From an uncultured archaeon (GTDB lineage: Archaea > Micrarchaeota > Micrarchaeia > Micrarchaeales > CABMGC01): a stretch of DNA of 13,134 nt. The translations under genes and the position numbers were made by a program. The stretch is from assembly GCA_963787445.1 (NCBI GenBank), contig CAWBCT010000003.1:1-13134 (forward strand). The letters are read 5' to 3'. Within the stretch, counting starts at the first letter, position 1. The number at the start of each line of letters is the position of its first letter. Under the pieces are notes generated by a model. That model had not been told where the DNA came from, made no database searches, and worked only from the letters and a program-made list of their open reading frames with translations. Shown one piece after another: positions 1-7,096 of the stretch.

Positions 1-2
1 TG

Positions 3-554
3 GATTCGCCAATCTTGAACCACGAAGTAATTAGGGGCTTCATTCGTCCGATAGAGGCGCGCGCGGGTTACGAGCTCGCGAAGCGGCTGATGGAAGACGG
101 AAGCAACGACCTGCATGCCTTTGCCGCGAAATCGGACGCCGTCTGCGTCAAGATAGAGGACCTTCTTGAGGTCATGTACGTGCCGAAGTTCATCACCCTT
201 ATGGAGATGGAGGCTCAACGGCTCGACAGACCAAACAACATTCAGCTGCTTTCGGGAGACCAAACTAATGTCTTCATGGGCCCCCAGCGCCAACCCCACC
301 TTTCGGTAAAGCGGATGCTGGATTTTGTATTGAATGCGGATGGGGAAGAAAAGCTGGACCTGTTGATGGGATCTGAAAGGTATCAGGTGGCTGTAATGGA
401 GTACTCCAAGGAGCTCCTAATAAACTCCAAGTACAGCTTTGATGAATATTTCAGGAAACTCAGCAGGATTACGGAGTTTGACCACACGAAAGAGCTCGTG
501 GATGGACTTAGGAACATGTACGCTTTTGAGATGGGCGTCAAGCTTCCCGAGTAG
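3..554 (+). CDS. Hypothetical protein, probably 5'-truncated by the window edge
   Basis: The frame is open from position 3 (GAT TCG CCA ATC TTG...) to TAG at 552-554. The track start at 15 is only an internal TTG. Composition looks like a globular protein, but I recognise no family motif. Confidence 0.7.
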   Translation, partial: DSPILNHEVIRGFIRPIEARAGYELAKRLMEDGSNDLHAFAAKSDAVCVKIEDLLEVMYVPKFITLMEMEAQRLDRPNNIQLLSGDQTNVFMGPQRQPHLSVKRMLDFVLNADGEEKLDLLMGSERYQVAVMEYSKELLINSKYSFDEYFRKLSRITEFDHTKELVDGLRNMYAFEMGVKLPE

Positions 555-1475
555 TTACTTATTCTCTTCTAGTATTGCCGTTATCTGTTCCTTTGTAGGA
601 GTAGGTTGTCCAGACAGCGGTCCGCTCTGCAGCGCCAGCTCAACCGACTCGTAGGTCGGCCTCTCGGTCTTGTAGAACAGGCCGATCGGGATCTTCTCGT
701 AGTTGGTCTGCGTGTCCTCAAACGCCCTGGCCATCGCCAGGTTGATGTTTGACGGGTCGTGGCCCGCGGTCTCTAGCTTGTAGATCTTCGGCCTGAACCA
801 CTCATAGGTGTTGTCATGGTTGAACGTGACGCACGGGCTGAAGACGTCGATTATCGCGAATCCCTTGTGCTCGATTCCTCCCTTTATGAGCTGCGCCAGG
901 TGGGCAGGCTCTCCTGAGAATCCCCTTGCAACGTAGGTGGCTCCAGCGCTTATCGCGAGTGCCATCGGGTTGACCGGCATCTCGATTACCCCGAACGGGG
1001 TCGACTTGGTCTTGTGGCCTGTCTGTGCCGTAGGCGAGGTCTGCCCTGTGGTGAGACCGTAGGTCTCGTTGTCCATAATTATGTAGGTCATGTCCAGGTT
1101 TCTCCTGGCCGTGTGCATCAGGTGGCCTCCGCCGATCCCGTAGCCGTCTCCGTCTCCTCCTGTTCCTATAACTGTGAGCGCGTTGTTTGCCAGCTTGACT
1201 CCAGTGGCTACCGGCAACAACCTTCCGTGCAGGCTGTGGATCCCGTAGGTGGCGAATGAGTGGGGCATCGCCGAGCTGCACCCTATGCCGGAGACCATCA
1301 TCACGTTGTGCGGATCCACGTTGAGCTCCGTTAAGGCCTTAAGTATCGAGGCGTAGACTCCGAAGTCCCCGCAGCCGGGGCACCAGATCGGCTTTATCGT
1401 CGATGCTATCTGCTTCTTCGGCGCTGCTACTGCCGCCGGGCTCACCGGTGTCGGTGTTGGGGTTGCGTCTGCCAT
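555..1475 (-). CDS. korB: 2-oxoacid:ferredoxin oxidoreductase beta subunit (TPP-binding)
   Basis: Intact ORF with WCPGCGDF, SGIGCSS, HGR, GGDGDG...MDNETYGLTTGQ (TPP motif) and FSPCVTFN. The likely start is the ATG at 1475, 2 nt after the alpha-subunit stop. Substrate specificity (kor vs por) cannot be determined from sequence. Confidence 0.95.
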   Translation of the reverse strand: MADATPTPTPVSPAAVAAPKKQIASTIKPIWCPGCGDFGVYASILKALTELNVDPHNVMMVSGIGCSSAMPHSFATYGIHSLHGRLLPVATGVKLANNALTVIGTGGDGDGYGIGGGHLMHTARRNLDMTYIIMDNETYGLTTGQTSPTAQTGHKTKSTPFGVIEMPVNPMALAISAGATYVARGFSGEPAHLAQLIKGGIEHKGFAIIDVFSPCVTFNHDNTYEWFRPKIYKLETAGHDPSNINLAMARAFEDTQTNYEKIPIGLFYKTERPTYESVELALQSGPLSGQPTPTKEQITAILEENK

Positions 1476-1477
1476 AC

Positions 1478-3223
1478 TCACATCTTCTTTATCAGACCCT
1501 CGGCCTGCTGGGCTATCTCGTAGCCCGTGATCGCCTCGCCGTCCGATTTAAGTATCTTGTTCTCGATGTCTATCCCTGTGTTCATCATTATCACCTGGGC
1601 GAGCTGGCCGGAGTAGTTGCACTCCACGTCTATCAGCTTCTTCCCGCTCAGGATCGCGCTCGTCTTGCCCTTGTCCAAAGGCATCAGGTAGCTGAACGAG
1701 ATGAGCCCGAAGTTCATCCCCTTCTGCTTGAGTAGGCTCATCGCCTCCATCGCGGGCTCGGTGGTCGAGCCGAAGGTCACGAAGAAGTAATCGGCGCTCG
1801 GGTTGTCGATGTGGGGCACGAAGCAGCTCTCGTTCTTGAGCATCGTCTCTATCTTGTTCATGCGCTTCCCGTTCATCTTCTGCCTCATCACCACTGAGTC
1901 GTCAAGTCCTGACAGCGCGTCGCTGATCAGGTCGCCGTACTCGTTGTGCTCGTCGCTGGGCGAGACGAACTGCATTCCCGGTGTTCCCGGTATTGATCGC
2001 GGTGAGACTCCGTCCTGCGTGAGCGCGTACCGCTTGAACCTTCCGCCAGTCGGGTTCGTCATCGCTATCTGGCCGCGGTCTATCTTTATCGCATCGAGGT
2101 CAAAGCCGTCAACCGTCTCCACGTGCTCTGAAAGGTGAGGGTCAAGAAGTACTAGGACCGGGCACTGATATCTGTCCGCAAGGTTGAATGCGTCTGAAGC
2201 TATTGTGAAACATTCTGTTATGCTCCTTGGCGCTACGACTATCTTGGGGGAGTCGCCCGCTCCGGAGTACATCACGAAGAGAAGGTCTCCCTGTTCGGTC
2301 TTTGTCGGAAGTCCGGTGCTTGGTCCTGAACGCTGCGACTCGACCACCACCAGTGGCGTCTCGAGCATTCCAGCGAAGCCGACTGCCTCTGTCATGAAGG
2401 CGAAGCCGCCGCCGCTTGTCCCCACGCATCGAGCGGACTCCTGCGACCGAGGCCCCGATCGCCATGTTGATTGCGGCTATCTCGTCCTCGCTCTGCTTGA
2501 ATAGGACTCCCTTATTGTCATGGGCTGCTCGAACCATGGGAGTATCCCGCTCGCCGGTGTCATGGGGTAGGCAGCATAGAACTTGCAGTTGCTTGCATAC
2601 GCTCCGATGGAGAGCGCCGTATTGCCGTCCATTGAGTACCTGTGCCTTCCGTCGCTCTTCAGGTTGTAAATTGTTGAAACGCCTGGTGCAGAGTAGCCCT
2701 GGGCAGCTATGTCCATGTTGCTCTTGACCACCTTGTCTCCCTTCCTTCCCGAACATCCCCTTGATTACCTCCTCGAAGGCGGGCATCGGGATTCCGAGCA
2801 TCTTGATTGTGGCTCCTATCGCCACTGTGTTTCGCATGATCGAGTACCCCGCTTACCTTGACCGCTATGTCGAGCATCGGGATCGGCACTAGCTTGAAGT
2901 CCTTGTTGTCCTTGATGCTGTCGACGTTTATCTTGGCCGGGTCGTAAATGACGCTAGCCCCCTTGTTCAGGTGGCTCTTCTGGTTGTTTATCGCGTCCTG
3001 ATTCATCGCTACGAATATGTGGACTTCCATCTCCATAACCATAGAGGTCCTCGTCGCCTACCCTGATCTGGTACCAAACATGGCCTCCACGGATGATTGA
3101 TTGGTAGCCGCGGTAGCCGAAGACCTTCAGGCCGTAGCTCGCAGCCACTTTTATGAGCAGCGAGCCGCTCGACTCGACGCCGTCTCCGTTGGCAGCTGCA
3201 ATTCTTACATTAACGCTAGACAT
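1478..3223 (-). CDS. korA: 2-oxoacid:ferredoxin oxidoreductase alpha subunit with N-terminal gamma-like domain, split by several frameshifts
   Basis: The pieces join in family order: NGDGVESSG, YQSIIRGGH, FVAMNQDA, MRNTVAIGA, MDGNTALSIGA..FYAAYPMTPAS, QSEDEIAAINMAIGASVAG, TSGGGF, QRSGPSTGLPTKTEQGDL, VECNYSGQLA. ATG at 3223, TGA at 1480-1478. Confidence 0.93.
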
Positions 3224-3233
3224 GAATACACTT

Positions 3234-3320
3234 GCTGGTCAGCTATTTATGCAGGAAGTAAGGCTATAAACATTGCGACCAGCCCCAACGCTTTGACGTA
3301 AGCCATATCCCTTAATAAAG
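3234..3320. promoter_or_regulatory. Divergent korA/hmgA promoter region with an imperfect inverted repeat
   Basis: Minus-strand ATAAATAGCT (3250-3241) ends 17 nt before the korA ATG. Plus-strand TTAATAAA (3312-3319) ends 24 nt before the hmgA ATG. GCTGGTC (3234-3240) and GACCAGC (3277-3283) form an inverted pair. Confidence 0.55.
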
Positions 3321-3343
3321 TTGTATACCCCAAATGTGATAGT

Positions 3344-4577
3344 ATGGCGGCGAAGAAGGCAGCGGCGAAGGACGCAGACAGCGCAATCCTAGAGAAGGTT
3401 CTCAAGAACAGAGATTCCTCTCCATAAGCTCGAGGAGCACGTGACACCAGAGAAAGCAGCTGAAATTAGGCGGAAGTTTCTTACCCAGAAGACGGGCCAG
3501 AAGCTGCCGGGCATCGGCTCCGCAACCATAGAGTACTCGAAGATACTCAACGAGAACACAGAGAACGTCATCGGAGCAGTACAGATTCCGGTGGGAATTG
3601 CCGGCCCGCTGAAGATAAACGGCGAATATGCAAAAGGGAGTTCTTTGTCCCGATGGGAACCCGAAGGCGCTTGATTGCCAGCGGCACCAGGGGAATGAAG
3701 ACGTGAACCTGAGCAGAAGGGCCCATGTCACGATTATTTCGATTCAATGGCTCGGGCGCCTTTGTTCGAACTTGACTCTGTTGCTGAGGCGAAGGCTTTC
3801 GTTCATTGGATCGAGAAGGAGAGGAGCGATATCGTAGAGGCGCTGAAGCGACCACCAGGCACAGCAAGCTCGTCGAGATGATGCCATTCATCGTCGGGAA
3901 CACGTGTGGCTACGCTTCTCCTACGACACGGGAGACGCGATGGGCATGGACCTGGCAACCATAGCCTCAGAGGCCGCGTGCACATTCGTAACAGGGACCT
4001 ACACCAAGGCCAGGCTGGTCACGGTAAGCGGGACATGTGCTCAGACAAGAAGGAGTCCTACGTGAACGAGCTCCTTGGCAGGGGCAAGAACGTGGTCGCC
4101 GACGCATAATAAAGGGGGACGTGCTTGAGGATGTACTGAAAAGCAACGCCTCAGCCATCTCTAACGTAACCTGAAGAAGAACCTTGCTTTTGAGCTCGAG
4201 GGCGGGAGCAGCAAGCCAACAGCCACTTCGCAACATAATCGCGGCCGTCTTCCTAACAACAGGGCGGGACCCTGCTCAGGTCGTTGAAAGCAGCAGCGGA
4301 TACACCTGGACTGAGGTTAGGGGAGAGGACCTTTCATTTCGGTGACCTCCCTTCGCTTGAGATTGGAACAGTCGGCGAAGGAACGGCATGGCAGCCCAAT
4401 GGGGGCTCTTTCTATAATGGGCGTGGATGGCGGCTCAGAAACTCCGGGAAACAACTCAAAGAAGTTCGCCGAGATAATTGCGGCCAGCGTCCTTGCTGGT
4501 GAACTGAATCTTCTTGCAGCACTTGCTTCAAGAGAATTAGGAAAAGCGCACTCGCAGCTCGGAGAAACAAGAAATAA
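3344..4577 (+). CDS. hmgA: Class I (archaeal/eukaryotic type) HMG-CoA reductase, heavily frameshifted in this sequence
   Basis: Motifs recovered across frames: [38 protein letters not shown] (3928-3951; canonical DAMGMN), [74 protein letters not shown]. One more shift gives ...RNKK and TAA at 4575-4577. Confidence 0.92.
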
Positions 4578-4581
4578 AAAT

Positions 4582-4694
4582 TTGTTGTCGGAAATACTAT
4601 GGAGTGCACTCCATGAAATAAAAAGAGGCAGCAAAGCTGCCTCCATTTTGGGTGTGCCAAAATTAATTGGCAGTATTATTGTAGTCGGAAAATA
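4582..4694. repeat. Imperfect 15-16 nt direct repeats enclosing three adjacent inverted repeats
   Basis: Direct repeats TTGTTGTCGGAAATA (4582-4596) and TTGTAGTCGGAAAATA (4679-4694). Between them lie the perfect palindrome ATGGAGTGCACTCCAT (4599-4614), GAGGCAGC-AAA-GCTGCCTC (4625-4643) and ATTTTGG-GTGTG-CCAAAAT (4645-4663). Confidence 0.8.
4616..4643 (-). terminator. Hairpin plus U-tract terminator-like element on the minus strand
   Basis: The minus strand reads GAGGCAGC-TTT-GCTGCCTC-TTTTTATTT: an 8-bp GC-rich stem followed directly by an oligo-T run. No minus-strand gene lies immediately upstream. Confidence 0.45.
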
Positions 4695-4847
4695 TATATA
4701 GCTTCCTTTACTTATAGTGCATTCCCTTTTTGGGAAAGAGAAACCTATTTATAGTTTGGTGAAAAATGTTAATCACCGGTAAGCGTAGGTCGAACGCTAT
4801 ACAAATAGACCAAGAAGGCAGCGGCTGTCTCTGTTCTGGGTGGTGGA

Positions 4848-5303
4848 ATGGATGGAAGAAAAGGTGGTTGGGAAAAGGCCATGGAACAGCTGGAAAGGGC
4901 AATGCGCAAGGAGTTACGGAACGAGGCTAAGGACATAGGGATCAGCACGAAGCAGTACAGGGCAATGTGGAAGGCGTCGTACGCCCTCCTGTCCGAACTG
5001 TGCGAGCCGACCCCGAAGCTCGTGAAGGACTCAATACGCATGGTTGGCAACTTCGCAAGGCTAGTTGAGCATTGCAGGCTCATCGAGCGGGAGTGCTACG
5101 TCGAGGAGAAGATTGAGGCGCGGCATCAGGTGGGTTGCGAGGGTGTCATTGCCACCAGCATATCTGCGGTATCGAAGGAGGCGGAGTCGCCTCCTTCCCC
5201 AGCCAAACTTCCATCCATCTCACCAATCAAAGCTATCGTAAGATGGTTTTGGGCATCACGGAGAGGTTTTATATATGTGAATAAGGCCAGTCTAGCCTGG
5301 TGA
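4848..5303 (+). CDS. Hypothetical protein, helical and charged N-terminus; 3' end uncertain
   Basis: The ATG is preceded by a GGTGGTGG RBS-like sequence, and codon style matches neighbouring genes. The last ~25 codons run through the TATA box and RBS of the next gene, so the true stop may be earlier. Confidence 0.65.
   Translation: MDGRKGGWEKAMEQLERAMRKELRNEAKDIGISTKQYRAMWKASYALLSELCEPTPKLVKDSIRMVGNFARLVEHCRLIERECYVEEKIEARHQVGCEGVIATSISAVSKEAESPPSPAKLPSISPIKAIVRWFWASRRGFIYVNKASLAW
5267..5303 (+). promoter_or_regulatory. TATA box and RBS for the ORF at 5308
   Basis: TTTTATATAT at 5267-5276 with purine-rich GGAGAGG upstream (BRE position). GGTGA at 5299-5303 ends 4 nt before the ATG. Confidence 0.6.
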
Positions 5304-5307
5304 GCAT

Positions 5308-5514
5308 ATGGCGCAGGCTAGGGCAGTCAAAACTGAAATCAAGGTTACGCAAAGAAGGAACGTGGTTCTGCTTCTGCGCAGGGTAAAGCGAAGGACGGAG
5401 CAGAGTGAGAGGGATATAGAAACGGCGCTGAAGATGCTGTTGCTTAAGAGCGCTAAAAGGGACAAGAGAAAGAGGGCACGCTTGGACGCAAAAAACAGCA
5501 GAACAGAGGCTTAG
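5308..5514 (+). CDS. Small Arg/Lys-rich hypothetical protein (68 aa)
   Basis: It has its own TATA box and GGTGA RBS. Its TAG overlaps the stop of the convergent rhodanese gene (TTAG at 5511-5514). Confidence 0.6.
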   Translation: MAQARAVKTEIKVTQRRNVVLLLRRVKRRTEQSERDIETALKMLLLKSAKRDKRKRARLDAKNSRTEA

Positions 5515-5830
5515 CCGAAGATCTCTCCGGTTATCTCTGTCACTCCTCCCTTCAGGCTTGCTGACTCAATCCCGAACTTCTCCTTGAGCATCTGCGCAGC
5601 GTGGTGCGATGAGATCCGTGGTAGCAGACAAAGACGCTGTCCGCGTAGGCCTTTGCCTCCTCCTTGCTTGCGTGAATTATATCGGCTGGCTTACGGCAAC
5701 GATAAGCTTGTGGTCTATGTCCAGCAGCGTGCTGATGTAGTCCGCGGCTCGCGGCCAAGCCAGAGAAGCTTGGTGTTGTGCCTGGCGGTGAACTCGAGCG
5801 CCTCCGAAGGGTAAGCTCCTTGACATCCAT
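5511..5830 (-). CDS. Single-domain rhodanese-like (GlpE/PspE-type) sulfurtransferase, frameshifted
   Basis: Frame-joined translation: MDVKELT.SEALEFTARHNTKLLWLGRE..DYISTLLDIDHKLIVA.KPADIIHASKEEAKAYADSVFVCYHG.SSHHAAQMLKEKFGIE.ASLKGGVTEITGEIFG*. The VCYHGxSS..AA..L loop and SLKGG match the GlpE active-site loop (CYHGNSS) and the C-terminal GG motif. Confidence 0.75.
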
Positions 5831-5855
5831 GGTACGGATTAGCCAGCTTAGCTAT

Positions 5856-6472
5856 TTATTGCTTCTTCAGCAGGGTGGCCGAGATGTCCTCGAAGAAGAT
5901 GTGGCGCTTGACTGTCTCGAGCTCGACGAGCTTGAGGCTACTTATCTTGGCCTTTAGCCTCCTCTCATTGGCAAGCGAGCTGTGGACGATTAGTATTCGC
6001 CCATTGTCCTTTAGGTGCTTGATGGCTCCTTCCAGAAACCTTGAAGTGAGCTCAACACCGGTAATCCCCCCATCCAGGGCCAATTTCAGCGATGACCGTC
6101 CTTCTCGTTGGGAAGGTAGGGGGCGTTGAAGAGTATCAGGTCGAACTTTGAGTCCAGGGGAATGTCGGAGAAGAGGTTGGTCTTAACAAAGAGGCATTTT
6201 GAGCAGATGACTGAAGAGTTCAGCGCCAGGTTCTTTGCTGAGGTCTCCACGGCAGCCGGGTTGAGATCAGCAAACATGACCAGGTCCACTTTTGGATTTA
6301 CTGCCGCAGTGATTCCAAGTATTCCAGAGCCGGTGCCCATGTCAAGAACAGACAGGTGGTCGGCTGAACGGTCAAGCTCCTTCTCAAGAAGCTCAGCGGC
6401 AAGATAGGAGTCGTCGTCGGGCCGGTAGACGCTCTCCGGGGTCTTCAGGTTGAGCTCAAGGTACTTCGGCAA
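5856..6472 (-). CDS. HemK-related SAM-dependent methyltransferase (PrmC/Mtq2/HemK2-like), one frameshift near 6090
   Basis: VYRPDDDSYL, VLDMGTGSGILGI (motif I), FDLILFNAPYLP (NPPY-like), then ALDGGITGVE...HLKDNGRILIVHSS...FFEDI in the next frame. The start is uncertain; I prefer the TTG at 6472, after GTGA, over 6502. Confidence 0.88.
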
Positions 6473-6486
6473 GGCATCACGCAACG

Positions 6487-6494
6487 TTTTATAA
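6487..6494 (+). promoter_or_regulatory. TATA box for the 6518 ORF/nfo unit (probably leaderless)
   Basis: TTTTATAA ends 23 nt before the ATG at 6518, inside a ~45-nt divergent intergenic gap. Confidence 0.6.
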
Positions 6495-6517
6495 TTGTGC
6501 AACCACTCTATATTCCT

Positions 6518-7096
6518 ATGTCAAAAGCTAGCGGCACGCCGAGCGAGATGCCCACGTGGATTCAGTGCCAGGAGCTGCTGGTGAAGTGCAAGAACGAGCT
6601 CATCCTGGAGGCTATTGACGCCTTGCATAGGGAGATAGCAGCGAACAGGATGGAGGTCAACGGCGAGATAGTGAAGATAGAGGGGAAAGCGAACGACATA
6701 GACAAGGACCTCTTCATAATAAGCAACCTGCTCGAGCAGGAGCCGAAGATACGCGAGCAGTACGGCAAGTACATAAGCGACGCCGAGCACGGAAGGATAA
6801 GCGACCCGGCGATGATGGAGCGCGTGCAGGAGCTCAGGAAGTTCCTGCTCTCCCTGACGGAGATCCACCTGCTCATGAGGTTCGCGCGCTCGTTTGATGA
6901 GTGGATGTCGGACTTCGGCGGGACCATGGAGCTAAGCGATCTGGCCGAGATAGTGGCGAAGACGGCGAAGCACAACGTGGAAAGGGTTGAGGCCCTTGAG
7001 TTCATAGTAAATGACAAGGCCTTCATGAAGAACGAGGCGCTTTCGGAGAAGGAGTTTGAAGCGATCAAGACAGCATTCAGGATGTGCAGGCAATGA
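6518..7096 (+). CDS. Hypothetical acidic, predicted alpha-helical protein (192 aa)
   Basis: Intact ORF with GC-rich third codon positions and ATG at 6518. Its TGA overlaps the nfo ATG (ATGA at 7093-7096). No recognisable motif. Confidence 0.85.
   Translation: MSKASGTPSEMPTWIQCQELLVKCKNELILEAIDALHREIAANRMEVNGEIVKIEGKANDIDKDLFIISNLLEQEPKIREQYGKYISDAEHGRISDPAMMERVQELRKFLLSLTEIHLLMRFARSFDEWMSDFGGTMELSDLAEIVAKTAKHNVERVEALEFIVNDKAFMKNEALSEKEFEAIKTAFRMCRQ

Noticed and set aside
4317-4660. Minus-strand ORFs 4317-4646 and 4412-4660
   Set aside because: They are antisense to hmgA, run through the terminator-like hairpin and show no protein-like motifs.
4578-4701. C-terminal extension of HMG-CoA reductase (ETRNKNLL...GKYI)
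   Set aside because: Archaeal class I enzymes end shortly after the catalytic His. A one-base shift gives RNKK-stop at 4577, and the extension is AT-rich, hairpin-laden spacer.
4582-4740. CRISPR mini-array, tRNA or fluoride riboswitch
   Set aside because: There are only two 15-16 nt repeats, 97 nt apart, and no cas genes. The tRNA T-loop/D-loop consensus is absent. Resemblance to the fluoride riboswitch is limited to ATGGAGT...CTCC, without the other conserved elements.
3353-4825. Exact 14-mer AAGAAGGCAGCGGC at 3353-3366 and 4812-4825 as a target-site duplication around hmgA
   Set aside because: About 0.3 such pairs are expected by chance in 13 kb under a uniform model, and the first copy lies in the low-complexity coding start of hmgA.
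6110-6135. NAPY motif as evidence of a DNA adenine methyltransferase paired with the nuclease (restriction-modification)
   Set aside because: The size (~205 aa), the VYxPxxDS N-terminus, the DGGxxG motif and the lack of a target-recognition domain fit the housekeeping HemK2/Mtq2-like family.
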